From Gammaproteobacteria bacterium (GTDB taxonomy: Bacteria; Pseudomonadota; Gammaproteobacteria; Pseudomonadales; Pseudohongiellaceae), in the NCBI GenBank assembly GCA_028825335.1, contig JAPKAI010000004.1, forward strand, positions 1,614 through 65,613: DNA of 64,000 bases, given 5' to 3'. Position 1 is the stretch's first letter, and each line of letters starts with the position of its first letter. Shown in pieces: positions 22,093-31,883 of this stretch. The position numbers and the translations under genes were made by a program. The notes below the pieces were generated by a model that worked only from the letters and a program-made list of their open reading frames with translations, was not told the DNA's origin and did not search any database.

Positions 22093-24219
22093 CTACAGCA
22101 AGATGCCTCCGTATTGAACGAAGAATGGTGTAAATACTAGACTCAGAATCGCAGATAGCTTGATCAGGATGTTCAACGAAGGACCCGAAGTATCTTTCAT
22201 TGGGTCGCCCACCGTATCACCAACAACAGCCGCAGTATGCTCATCCGAGCCTTTGCCACCGTGGTGGCCCGCTTCAATATATTTCTTAGCGTTGTCCCAT
22301 GCTCCACCACTGTTAGATGAGGCGATAGCCAGCACACCACCAGTAATTAGCGAGCCGATCAGCAGCGCAGCAACTGCCTCAACACCGAACAGGTAGCCTA
22401 CAACGATTGGCGAGCCCATGATCAGCACGCCAGGGGCGATCATTTCTTTTAGCGCTGCCTGAGTTGATATAGCTACACACTTTGCGTAATCCGGCGTGCC
22501 CGTACCTTCCATAATACCTGGGATGGTTTTGAACTGATGACGCACTTCTTCGATCATCGCGAATGCGGCAACACCTACCGATTTCATGGTCATAGCTGAG
22601 AACAAGAAAGGTAAAACCGCACCGAGAAACAGGAAAGTGAATACTAGTGGCTCTAGCAAGCTCATAGTAATCGGCTCACCGCGCAGTTCCTCGGCAGTTA
22701 AAATAAAGGCTGCGAACAAGGCAAGTGAAGTTAATATCGCAGCACCAATAGCAAATCCCTTACCAATGGCTGCAGTAGTATTACCAGCAGAGTCTAGGAT
22801 ATCAGTTCTACGTCTAACTTCTGATTCCAAACCTACCATCTCCGCAATACCACCAGCATTGTCAGCTACAGGGCCGTAAGCATCAATAGTCAGGGTTAGC
22901 ACAAGGCTTCCCAACATACCCAGTGAAGCGATCGCGATGCCGTACATGCCCGCAAGTTCCCAAGAGATGAAGATGCTTATCGCAATGGCGATATAAGGAA
23001 GCACAGTACTCTTATAGCCAAGTGCAAGGCCGTAGATGATGTTAGTAGCGACGCCAGTCTCACAGGACTTTGCGACTTCTTGCACAGGAGCAAATTTTTC
23101 AGATGTGTAGTAGCCAGTCAATAAGCCAACCGCCAACCCTGAAACCAAGCCTGCCAAGAAGCATAAGTAAACACCGACATTCGTATACTTTGCACCGTTC
23201 AAAATAAAGTCAGCTGGAATTAGCGCAGTAGTAAAGAAGTACATAACCACAGCCATAATAGCGCTGGATATAATAAGTAGCTTCATCAGAGCTGGCGCTA
23301 CGTCGTCTTCAGTCTTTACACCAACCAACAGCTTAGTAAATAGTGCTATTGGAATACCTACAGCACTAATCAAGATCGGGAATAACAATGCATCTGGGTT
23401 ACCGGCAAAAACGACCGCACTAATAACCATTGCAGCACAGGTGCTTTCCGCACAAGAACCGAAAAGGTCAGCGCCCATACCAGCAACGTCGCCTACGTTG
23501 TCACCAACGTTGTCTGCGATTACCGCTGGGTTACGTGGGTCATCCTCTGGGATGCCCTGCTCAACCTTACCTACCAAGTCAGCGCCAACGTCTGCAGCTT
23601 TAGTGAAGATACCGCCGCCAACACGTGCAAATAGCGCGATTGTAGATCCACCCAGTCCAAAGCCGGCAATCACTTCCATGAGGATGTGATTGTTCTCAGG
23701 ACCAAGGTCAGCGAGCAACCAGCTCATCACCACATAGATGATAACCAGCCCAAGCGTCGCGAGTCCGACAAGAGCAAAGCCCATTACAGCGCCAGAGTTA
23801 ATCGCTACATCATACGCTGCGGAAATGTCCTTCTTTGCAGCAACCGTAGTTCGTGCGTTGCCTTGAGTCGCTACCTTCATACCGATATAGCCAGAAGCTA
23901 TTGATATCGCACCACCAAACAGGAAGGCGATAGCAGTATAGATACCCTCATGGATATCTGGAGTATGAGTATTATCGATCAGAATGGCGATAATAGCGGC
24001 GAAAACCCCCATGAATATCGTCAGGACTTTGTATTCTTGCTTCAAGAAAGCCATCGCTCCATCGGCAATAGCGCCGTGGATGAAAGTTAGCTTCTTCGAC
24101 TGTTCTTCATCTAGCCCTAGATCAAGCGGAATACTTACTACCTTCTTCATGTAAAAGAAGGCTATCCCCAAGCCCATCAGCGACAGAACTGTAGTTACCC
24201 AAATTGTTATGCCTGACAT
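22093..24219 (-). CDS. hppA: Membrane-bound ion-translocating pyrophosphatase (K+-dependent sequence type)
   Basis: 708 aa; GGG(I)[25 protein letters not shown] and [14 protein letters not shown] motifs. Confidence 0.95.
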   Translation of the reverse strand: MSGITIWVTTVLSLMGLGIAFFYMKKVVSIPLDLGLDEEQSKKLTFIHGAIADGAMAFLKQEYKVLTIFMGVFAAIIAILIDNTHTPDIHEGIYTAIAFLFGGAISIASGYIGMKVATQGNARTTVAAKKDISAAYDVAINSGAVMGFALVGLATLGLVIIYVVMSWLLADLGPENNHILMEVIAGFGLGGSTIALFARVGGGIFTKAADVGADLVGKVEQGIPEDDPRNPAVIADNVGDNVGDVAGMGADLFGSCAESTCAAMVISAVVFAGNPDALLFPILISAVGIPIALFTKLLVGVKTEDDVAPALMKLLIISSAIMAVVMYFFTTALIPADFILNGAKYTNVGVYLCFLAGLVSGLAVGLLTGYYTSEKFAPVQEVAKSCETGVATNIIYGLALGYKSTVLPYIAIAISIFISWELAGMYGIAIASLGMLGSLVLTLTIDAYGPVADNAGGIAEMVGLESEVRRRTDILDSAGNTTAAIGKGFAIGAAILTSLALFAAFILTAEELRGEPITMSLLEPLVFTFLFLGAVLPFLFSAMTMKSVGVAAFAMIEEVRHQFKTIPGIMEGTGTPDYAKCVAISTQAALKEMIAPGVLIMGSPIVVGYLFGVEAVAALLIGSLITGGVLAIASSNSGGAWDNAKKYIEAGHHGGKGSDEHTAAVVGDTVGDPMKDTSGPSLNILIKLSAILSLVFTPFFVQYGGILL

Positions 24220-24294
24220 CGAAATTCTTCCCCTTGCAATGGAATGTTTATTTTTAAGGCGCGCACTTTACCATAATGAACGCCGCAAAAAAAG

Positions 24295-24310
24295 GCGATA
24301 AACACGCTGT
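24295..24310 (+). repeat. Copy 1 of an exact 16-nt direct repeat GCGATAAACACGCTGT
   Basis: Identical 16-mer at 25400-25415. Both copies are intergenic. Confidence 0.9.
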
Positions 24311-24411
24311 GAAACCAGTATTTCAGTGCTTTTCGAGGGATTGGGGGAGAAACAATAACTAGCCCACTTTGCAAGAAGCGGGGCGGGGACATAAAACGAC
24401 TTATTTGGGTG

Positions 24412-24597
24412 TTATTTCTTAGATTTGCTGCGCTTCTTTTTAGTACTTGAGTGAGTACTAGAGCCCTTGCTTGTCGCCTTATTGGCCTCAATGCGAGCCA
24501 AGTGAAAAGCCTGACGCATCTCATCGAGTTTTGCCTCCTTACGCTTGTTTAGCTGGTTTTCCTTACCTGCTTGAAAATCGACGACTTTATTGTTCAT
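24412..24597 (-). CDS. Small, highly basic hypothetical protein
   Basis: 61 aa with a Lys/Ser-rich tail (..STKKKRSKSKK), directly downstream of the coiled-coil lipoprotein gene. Weak RBS. Confidence 0.35.
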   Translation of the reverse strand: MNNKVVDFQAGKENQLNKRKEAKLDEMRQAFHLARIEANKATSKGSSTHSSTKKKRSKSKK

Positions 24598-24622
24598 ATC
24601 GAGATGCTAGCCCCAAAGCTGT

Positions 24623-25264
24623 CTATAGCGAATTGGCCTGACGCACTAATTCATTCTTAACCGATTCTAACTCTGCTATTAATTCCTTCGCCAGAGGCTC
24701 CACTGTATTGCCCGCCTCATCGGTATTTTCGTACTTGGCCTGCTCTGCCGCCAACGTCGTTAAGAGCTCTTCGGCGGTCTGGATAGCTCGCGTCAACGTA
24801 GAAGCCCTCGACTCTTCTTCGCCTACTTCTGTCTCGATTGATGCTATCTGTTGTTCCAGAGCTGTAATTCTGTCTAGCCTATCCTGTCTTTGCGCTTCTG
24901 CTGCCGCTATCGCAACACGCCGATCACGTTCCGCCTGTGCGATCGCTTCCTGCTCTTCGCGTTCCGCATCCGCTCGGGCTTTAGCCTCGGCAAGCTGCCG
25001 CTGCTTTACTTCTTCAACTCGCGCACGTTCTGCCGCCGCTAGCTCTCGTTGCGCTTGAAGCTCTGCTGCTCGGGCACGCTCTTGATCCGCTACGACTTGC
25101 GCCGCCGCCATACGTTCGGCTTCGACAACAGCGATCTCTGCATCTTTAATGGCCTGAGACACACAAGACGCCAACACCAGTAGCAGTAGAGTAGCAACAA
25201 CTGCTCGAATTTTAGCCGCACTCGGGAGTAAACGTGCTTCGCGCTTGGGTAAACGGTTTTCCAT
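24623..25264 (-). CDS. Coiled-coil lipoprotein, Ala/Glu/Arg-rich
   Basis: Lipobox LLVLASC, then long AEAKARADAEREEQEAIAQAERDRR-type heptad-like repeats. Confidence 0.6.
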   Translation of the reverse strand: MENRLPKREARLLPSAAKIRAVVATLLLLVLASCVSQAIKDAEIAVVEAERMAAAQVVADQERARAAELQAQRELAAAERARVEEVKQRQLAEAKARADAEREEQEAIAQAERDRRVAIAAAEAQRQDRLDRITALEQQIASIETEVGEEESRASTLTRAIQTAEELLTTLAAEQAKYENTDEAGNTVEPLAKELIAELESVKNELVRQANSL

Positions 25265-25399
25265 GACAATTTCCTTCAGACTGAGCGCCTAGCATTCAGT
25301 ACACTGCCTATCTATCAAGGGATACCAACTCCAAGCCCTTGATTAATAAATTATTTCCACTATAAATCGTAGATTCTGTCGACTTTGTCATACTTTATA

Positions 25400-25415
25400 G
25401 CGATAAACACGCTGT
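25400..25415 (+). repeat. Copy 2 of an exact 16-nt direct repeat GCGATAAACACGCTGT
   Basis: Identical to 24295-24310. Lies in the divergent promoter region 25265-25508. Confidence 0.9.
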
Positions 25416-25508
25416 TTGTCAGTAAAATCTAGGTCTACTTCTATTATCGGCAGGATCAAGATACTTTGCATCCCGGCGGCTTAATTCAGCGAGCAAGACG
25501 AATTCATC

Positions 25509-26867
25509 ATGAGCAGGCAAGCCACATTGGACTCTAGAAATTCAACACGCCCAAAACTCCCCATACTCTTGCTGCGCACCCTTGTAGTGCTGCTCCTCAG
25601 CACGCCAGTGATCGTGCTGCTGCTTTCTATAGAGACCTCTCCCAGTCTCGTCGCTGAACAACAGTTTACTGATGAAGAGCTTTCCAGAATTGAAACCCTG
25701 CTGCTGGAAAGTACCCCTCAGTCCCCTAGCATTGCAAGCCGACATGAACTACAGGTCAACTCTGAGGAACTGAACTTACTACTGCGCTACGCGGTTAATA
25801 TTATGAACCTCTCCTCCGACTGGGCAGCACGAACCCAGCTATCCCAAGACAAACTAAGTGCCCAATTGAGTGTTCGGCTCGGCTCAAGACCGCTGCCCAT
25901 GTACTTGAACGTAGAGGCCGACTTCATCGAAGATGACAACCGACTAACGCTGGATGCATTACGAATAGGCAAAATTGCTGTGCCCAATAGATTTCTACAA
26001 TTCACCTTGCAGCGCCTACGAGGCAACCTCGCAACCGAAAACATCGCCTATATGGATATCAGTGAACTGATCAACAATGTTGAAACTGTCAAGGTCGAGC
26101 TGAACCAAATGAGAGTTGCAATGCAATGGGACCCGAATCTAATTAGTCGCATCGGTAACCAGGCGCAGCAGCTTTTTATATCTGAGCAGGATCAGCAACG
26201 AATAATCGACTACTATGCCATCATAACAAACATAGCGGCGACCGTGCCCATCGACATTCGTGCCGTATCGATCAATGCTTTTCTATCGCCACTGTTTACC
26301 GCAGCGGCGAACAAGACCCTAGCGGGCAGTGACCCGATTGCAGAGAATCGAACTGCCTTTCAAACCTTAGCCATCTATTTGAATGAAGAATCGATCGCAC
26401 AACTCATCGGGGAAGAAGCCGCCCGGGAAATCGAACCCGCCCCCTTTATAGAGGCAAGACTGCTCAGGCGTCATGATCTAGCACAGCATCTTGTTTCGAC
26501 AGCCGCAATAACCGCTTCGGCTGGCGCAGATCTGGCACAGATGCTGTCTACAACGAAGGAAGCCTATGATGCGCGCTATCGTTCCGGGTTCAGTTTTTCT
26601 GATCTTACTGCGAATAGCGTAGGTGTCACCATCGCTCGACTTGCAACCACCGACCCTGATACTGCGAAAATCATGCAGGCCCGGCTGGCAAGCCTACAGA
26701 ATGAATCTGACTATATGCCCCAGGTAGGAAACAATCGAGATGGCCTATCCGAAACCGACTTCAATGCGATGTATACGGACAGAAGCAGTCCGCAATACGC
26801 ACAGCGACTCGCTGAAATTAAGACACTCATCGATAGCCGGCCGCTCTTTTCCGGATTGCTTCAATAG
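25509..26867 (+). CDS. Hypothetical membrane-anchored protein
   Basis: 452 aa with one N-terminal TM (LPILLLRTLVVLLLSTPVIVLLLSI). No motif recognised. Confidence 0.6.
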   Translation: MSRQATLDSRNSTRPKLPILLLRTLVVLLLSTPVIVLLLSIETSPSLVAEQQFTDEELSRIETLLLESTPQSPSIASRHELQVNSEELNLLLRYAVNIMNLSSDWAARTQLSQDKLSAQLSVRLGSRPLPMYLNVEADFIEDDNRLTLDALRIGKIAVPNRFLQFTLQRLRGNLATENIAYMDISELINNVETVKVELNQMRVAMQWDPNLISRIGNQAQQLFISEQDQQRIIDYYAIITNIAATVPIDIRAVSINAFLSPLFTAAANKTLAGSDPIAENRTAFQTLAIYLNEESIAQLIGEEAAREIEPAPFIEARLLRRHDLAQHLVSTAAITASAGADLAQMLSTTKEAYDARYRSGFSFSDLTANSVGVTIARLATTDPDTAKIMQARLASLQNESDYMPQVGNNRDGLSETDFNAMYTDRSSPQYAQRLAEIKTLIDSRPLFSGLLQ

Positions 26868-26891
26868 AAGACTTCCTCAACTAAGTTAACC

Positions 26892-27269
26892 TTGAAGGCG
26901 GCACCCATCTTGGACCAGCTCACGCCCAAGCAAACACAAGAACTGCGCTTGCTCCTAAAATCCAACAAAACCAGGCTGGAACAACAGCTATGCGACTCTG
27001 AATCGGCGACTGGTGTTGTGACCCTAGATCAAAGTTCTGTAGGCAGGCTTTCTCGTATGGATGCTATGCAACAACAGAGTATGGCCGTATCGACTCGAGC
27101 GAAGGCAGAGGCTAGCTTGAGAAAGACCCTCAAAGCTCTGCGTCGAATGGATGCAGAGAACTTTGGTTACTGCGACCAGTGCGACGAGCCAATCCAGTTC
27201 AAACGACTAAAAGTGCAGCCCCAGGCAAGCCATTGCCTGAAGTGCCAAGATCAACTAGATCACATCTAA
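26892..27269 (+). CDS. TraR/DksA-family C4 zinc-finger protein
   Basis: C-terminal CDQCDEPIQFKRLKVQPQASHCLKCQ four-Cys finger preceded by a coiled-coil-like region. TTG start is uncertain. Confidence 0.65.
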   Translation: MKAAPILDQLTPKQTQELRLLLKSNKTRLEQQLCDSESATGVVTLDQSSVGRLSRMDAMQQQSMAVSTRAKAEASLRKTLKALRRMDAENFGYCDQCDEPIQFKRLKVQPQASHCLKCQDQLDHI

Positions 27270-27366
27270 GACAGGCGTTATCATTAGCCCGTAGCTTCCA
27301 AATTCCAGAATGCTGGTGTATAACACCGCCAGCACTGCCTCCCTTGAACTCATCTGAGCCGCCATT

Positions 27367-28596
27367 ATGACCAAAAAAGGCTTTAACACTACAAATCTGC
27401 ATTCCGACCGCAGAGACAATCCGGAACATGGCGTATTGCACAAGGCCATTCATCCGTCAGTCGCCTATGGCTATGAAGATGCCAGAGAATTGGCTGAAGT
27501 CTTTCAAGGGAAACGCGCAGGCTATAACTATGGTCGGCAGCTAAATCCTACCGTTACTGCACTTCAAAATAGAATTACGGCAATGGAAGATGGTATCGCT
27601 ACCGCCGTTTTCGCAACTGGCATGGCCGCTATCGCATCTACGATGCTATCGCTCCTTAGACAGGGAGACCACATCGTCTCTAGCGCATTCCTGTTCGGAA
27701 ATACGAACAGCCTGTTTGGCACATTTCAGAATCTAGGCATCGAGGTCACGTTCGTCGACGCAACTGACGTCGTTGAGGTTAAATCTGCGATCAAAGAAAA
27801 TACCCGATTGGTGTTCGTCGAAACCATCGCTAATCCTGCCACACAGATCGCAGACTTAGCTGGGATAGGCGCGCTGTGCAAAAGCGAAAACCTAATCTTC
27901 TGCGTCGACAACACCATGACCTCACCTCATCTGTTTCAACCAAAGTCGGTAGGCGCCAGCTTCAGCGTTAATTCCCTGACGAAATACATAGGCGGCCATG
28001 GCAACGCACTCGGTGGCGCGATCACCGATACTGGCCTCTACGACTGGACCGGCTTCGCGAATATCTACGACAATTATAAAAACCAAGAAACCCAGTTGTG
28101 GGGCATTACCCAGGTCAAAAAGAAGGGTCTGCGAGACATCGGCGCCTCTTTAGGCCCTGAAGCCGCTCATCATCTGGCAGTAGGTTCTGAGACGCTGAGC
28201 CTGCGCATGGATCGGGCGTGTAGCAACGCCCAGAAAGTTGCCGAATTCTGCGCACAACACCCCAAGGTGAAGCAGGTTTACTATCCTGGGCTGCCGGTCC
28301 ATCCGCAGCATGCGCGAGCAAAAGAACTGTTTAATGGCTTTGGCTCTATTATGAGCATCGACCTCGCCGACGGCGTCGACTGTTTCGATGTGTTAAATGC
28401 GATGGATAATATAGTCTCATCCAGCAACCTCGGAGATACCCGAACTCTAGCCATTCCTGTTGCCCATACAATCTATTATGAGATGGGAGCAGAGCGTCGT
28501 GCCTCCATGGGCATCGCTGACTCAATGATTCGCTTCTCAATCGGCATAGAAGAAGTCGATGATCTGCTGGCAGATTTAAAGAAGGCCCTTGCTTAA
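27367..28596 (+). CDS. Cys/Met-metabolism PLP-dependent enzyme (O-acyl-homoserine sulfhydrylase / cystathionine gamma-synthase family)
   Basis: 409 aa; PLP-lysine context SVNSLTKYIGGHGNALGG. Family-typical N-terminus (..TNLHSDR..) and C-terminus (..IRFSIGIEEVDDLLADL). Confidence 0.8.
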   Translation: MTKKGFNTTNLHSDRRDNPEHGVLHKAIHPSVAYGYEDARELAEVFQGKRAGYNYGRQLNPTVTALQNRITAMEDGIATAVFATGMAAIASTMLSLLRQGDHIVSSAFLFGNTNSLFGTFQNLGIEVTFVDATDVVEVKSAIKENTRLVFVETIANPATQIADLAGIGALCKSENLIFCVDNTMTSPHLFQPKSVGASFSVNSLTKYIGGHGNALGGAITDTGLYDWTGFANIYDNYKNQETQLWGITQVKKKGLRDIGASLGPEAAHHLAVGSETLSLRMDRACSNAQKVAEFCAQHPKVKQVYYPGLPVHPQHARAKELFNGFGSIMSIDLADGVDCFDVLNAMDNIVSSSNLGDTRTLAIPVAHTIYYEMGAERRASMGIADSMIRFSIGIEEVDDLLADLKKALA

Positions 28597-28617
28597 CTAT
28601 TCGTTAGTGGAAGATTC

Positions 28618-28965
28618 ATGATCAGTATTATTAGCGCAGATGAAATAGAAGAAGGCACCTCGAAAGGGATTGAGCTTAACTATCTCTATATGTTTGCTGT
28701 TAAGAAGGATGCTGAATTATTTTTGTATTGGAATCGCTGCCCACATCTGGGCACTCCACTCGAGTGGGAGGAAAATCGATTTCTAGACCCCGATGGCGCA
28801 TTAATCATCTGCTCCACCCACGGAGCTCTTTTCGAGATAGAGGATGGCCGCTGTCTGGCAGGCCCTTGCAAGGGCAAACACCTACAGGCAATACCGTTTA
28901 TCATAGACAAGGGGATGGTCATGGTCGAGGAATCGGCATTGCGCGCTCCGACACCGCTGCAGTAA
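28618..28965 (+). CDS. Rieske [2Fe-2S] domain protein
   Basis: 115 aa; CPHLG ... CSTHGALF Rieske ligand motifs. Confidence 0.75.
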   Translation: MISIISADEIEEGTSKGIELNYLYMFAVKKDAELFLYWNRCPHLGTPLEWEENRFLDPDGALIICSTHGALFEIEDGRCLAGPCKGKHLQAIPFIIDKGMVMVEESALRAPTPLQ

Positions 28966-28999
28966 GGCATTTCGAATACTTTCTAGCTTTCACCAAGTC

Positions 29000-29725
29000 C
29001 TAGCCTAGCAGTACGGGCACCTTTTCTCGAAGTGTGACGCACGAATTTTGCACATCAAAGTCCGCTCGATAGGCGAGCACCTCCACTCCCTTTGACGCTA
29101 CTTCTCTAAGCAAGCGACCATACTCAGGATCTATATCGTCTGCAGGGATGATCCGTTGTATACCGCTGTGCTGAACGCAAAACAGCAACACTGCTCGATG
29201 ACCTTGGGTATGCATATGCAGCAACTCTTGCAGATGCTTCTGACCACGAGTCGTTACAGCATCAGGAAAGCTACCTAGTCCATCGCCTAGACCGAGGCTC
29301 ACATTCTTTACTTCGACATAACACAGTGCATCCGGGTCCCGAGCGGTTCCCTCGAGAAGTAAGTCGATGCGGCTCTTCTGTTCTCCATAGGCTACTTCTG
29401 TACGTAGTGACCCATAAGCCGTCAGCTCCTCGATGCTGTTTGATGTAATTGCTTCGTGTACAAGCTTGTTAGCCAATCCTGTGTTAATGCCAACGATGTG
29501 TTTGCCATCGACCTCGACAAGCTCCCAAGTGCAGGTATACGTCCTCTTCGGGTTTTCAGAGTCGGAGTACCAGACCCTGCTGCCTGGCTCTTGGCAGTTC
29601 TTCATGGAACCTGTGTTAGGACAGTGAATCGTTATGGACTCTCCCTCCTTATTCGTAATATCAGCCAGAAACCGTTTATAGCGCTTTAGTAATACGCCTT
29701 CCTGTAATTTCTTTTGCAACTGCAT
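29000..29725 (-). CDS. sfsA: Sugar fermentation stimulation protein A
   Basis: 241 aa; LLKRYKRFLADI N-terminal signature. Conserved neighbourhood with dksA. Confidence 0.9.
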   Translation of the reverse strand: MQLQKKLQEGVLLKRYKRFLADITNKEGESITIHCPNTGSMKNCQEPGSRVWYSDSENPKRTYTCTWELVEVDGKHIVGINTGLANKLVHEAITSNSIEELTAYGSLRTEVAYGEQKSRIDLLLEGTARDPDALCYVEVKNVSLGLGDGLGSFPDAVTTRGQKHLQELLHMHTQGHRAVLLFCVQHSGIQRIIPADDIDPEYGRLLREVASKGVEVLAYRADFDVQNSCVTLREKVPVLLG

Positions 29726-29760
29726 AGGCAGATTCCTGTGGGTTGAGAAAGGAAGGTAGT

Positions 29761-30930
29761 TTATAGCAAGGCGTTCTGAAGCCGCTGGACACCTAGCTCT
29801 AAACTGTCCATGTCTGTGGTAAATGCTATACGCACGTGTCTCTTGCTTTCGAAATCACCAAAATCTGTACCAGGAGTCAGGGCGATTCCATGATCTTCTA
29901 ACATGTTCTGACAAAATATCTCGCAGTCATCGGAGAACTTAGAAATATCGGCATAGACATAAAATGCCCCCTGAATATTGTCAGAGAGTAAGAAGCCCAT
30001 ACTTTTAAGCGCCCCTGCTAGGAAGTCTCTTCTGTGGCGAAATGCCTCTCTACGCTCTTCAAAAATTAGTTTTGCTTCGGGAGTGAACGCCGCTAGAGCC
30101 GCATATTGAGAAATTGATGATGCCGATATATACATATTCTGAGCGAGTATAGTGGCCATCTCGACATGCTCTTGGGGCACTACGATCCAGCCCAAGCGCC
30201 ACCCAGTCATGCCGAAGTATTTAGAAAAGCTATTCACTACAAAGGCTGATTGATCTAGCTCCAGAACACTTGGCAAGTCGTCAACGTAGTGAAGGCCATG
30301 ATAAATCTCATCAACTAAGAGGTGCTTTTGTCTCGATGCCGCCCAATTACAGGCCGCTTTAAGTTTCGATCGTTCCAGTATTGTGCCTGTAGGGTTACTT
30401 GGGGATGCCAGCCACAGGCCGCTGGTATTGTCTGTGCAGTATTCATCCAGCTGCTCTAGCGTAGGCTGGAAATTCTGCTCAACACTTACCGGAATTAGCT
30501 GCGGCTGCGCTGACATCATGTGAATGAAGTTGCGCACACAGGGGTAGGCAGGATCGCTAAGCAAGACACCATCGCCAGCGCGCACCAGCAGGTTCGCCAA
30601 TAGATTCAGGCCCCCACTCGCGCCCGGCGTGATCAGTATACGATTCGCGTCAACCTCGACGTTGTAGTTTTCCCGGTAGTGGACAGACAAGCATTCTCTT
30701 AACTCAGCAAGGCCTGTAGCAGCTGTGTATTGCGTCAGCCCGTCATCAAGGGCCCTCTTTCCCGCTTCTATGATTGGCTGTGCTGAAGAGAAATCGGGCT
30801 CACCGACTTCCATATGCACTATTCGACGTCCCAAGGATTCCAAGTGCTGCGCTCGGGCCATGACCGTCATCACGCGAAAAGGGTTCACCTTCGATAGTGG
30901 GTCTTGATCCGTTATTCGGTCATTGGACAT
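29761..30930 (-). CDS. Class I/II PLP-dependent aminotransferase
   Basis: 389 aa; NSFSKYFGMTGWRLGW PLP-lysine motif. Confidence 0.85.
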   Translation of the reverse strand: MSNDRITDQDPLSKVNPFRVMTVMARAQHLESLGRRIVHMEVGEPDFSSAQPIIEAGKRALDDGLTQYTAATGLAELRECLSVHYRENYNVEVDANRILITPGASGGLNLLANLLVRAGDGVLLSDPAYPCVRNFIHMMSAQPQLIPVSVEQNFQPTLEQLDEYCTDNTSGLWLASPSNPTGTILERSKLKAACNWAASRQKHLLVDEIYHGLHYVDDLPSVLELDQSAFVVNSFSKYFGMTGWRLGWIVVPQEHVEMATILAQNMYISASSISQYAALAAFTPEAKLIFEERREAFRHRRDFLAGALKSMGFLLSDNIQGAFYVYADISKFSDDCEIFCQNMLEDHGIALTPGTDFGDFESKRHVRIAFTTDMDSLELGVQRLQNALL

Positions 30931-31285
30931 GCTAGGGTTCCTGCAGAGACATAGGGAAATAGACGGAGGTCATTATAGTAGACCAATTTTGAAGACAGCT
31001 AGGTTTAAATAGTCTTAAGATCAGCTCGGGGCCCTATCCAACTAACTGATGATTTCTATAGCATCCCCATAGAGAATCTGGTAGCTTACCCAGCTTTCTG
31101 AAAAATGCACATTTCCAACGCGAAGAACACGCATTGAGAGCATGTAAAATCAATCATCAAACTCTATCGATACACGTTCCAAAGAGTTTGTTTTATAAAT
31201 GAAAAATCCTCATTTATGCGGCGGCTTGCCTACAAGACAGGCAATACAATTCGCTAGATAGGGATACACAGAGGCATTAGCGCTC

Positions 31286-31729
31286 ATGGCTAACTCTCAG
31301 AGCTTAGAATCACAACCGGTTCTAAAGAACTTCGTTCCGTACAAGCCGAAGAAAACCGAAGTGTACATGAACGAGAAGCAGCGCGAGCACTTCAAGGTGA
31401 TACTGCTAGACTGGCGCGAGCAATTGATGCAAGAAGTCGATCGCACTGTGCATCACATGCAAGATGATGCGGCGAACTATCCAGACCCCGCCGATCGTGC
31501 AACTCAGGAAGAGGAATTTAGCCTCGAGCTGCGCACGCGTGACCGGGAGCGCAAGCTAATCAAGAAGATCGATAGCACCATCGAACTCATCGCTCAGGAT
31601 GACTATGGATACTGTGATTCTTGCGGAATCGATATTGGCATCCGCCGACTAGAAGCACGACCGACTGCTAACAAGTGCATCGACTGTAAGACTCTAGACG
31701 AGATTAAAGAAAAGCAACTCGGTAGCTAA
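31286..31729 (+). CDS. dksA: RNA polymerase-binding transcription factor DksA
   Basis: 147 aa; coiled-coil with the DxxDxA tip ([11 protein letters not shown]) and a [25 protein letters not shown] zinc finger. Confidence 0.95.
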   Translation: MANSQSLESQPVLKNFVPYKPKKTEVYMNEKQREHFKVILLDWREQLMQEVDRTVHHMQDDAANYPDPADRATQEEEFSLELRTRDRERKLIKKIDSTIELIAQDDYGYCDSCGIDIGIRRLEARPTANKCIDCKTLDEIKEKQLGS

Positions 31730-31883
31730 GCTACTATTGTGTAGCCGCAGTCGCATGCGCTGCTCCAAGAAACAGCGCATGTGACCAATCTCACCGACGA
31801 GCCGCCTCAGAACCAGCCATTTTCTGCCTTCCTAATTGAGAAAGAGAAATACGGGCCCTATCCGTATTAGACTGGCACTCAAT

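Noticed and set aside
24295-25415. The 16-nt direct repeats as target-site duplications of a mobile element
   Set aside because: There is no transposase, integrase or terminal inverted repeats between them, and 16 nt is atypically long for a TSD. It is kept only as a low-interest regulatory-motif observation.
27270-27366. Possible SAM riboswitch upstream of the Cys/Met PLP-enzyme gene
   Set aside because: Only a small bulged hairpin is visible (GCTGGTG...CACCGCCAGC). The leader is about 95 nt and I cannot recognise SAM-I, SAM-II or SAM-V consensus elements.
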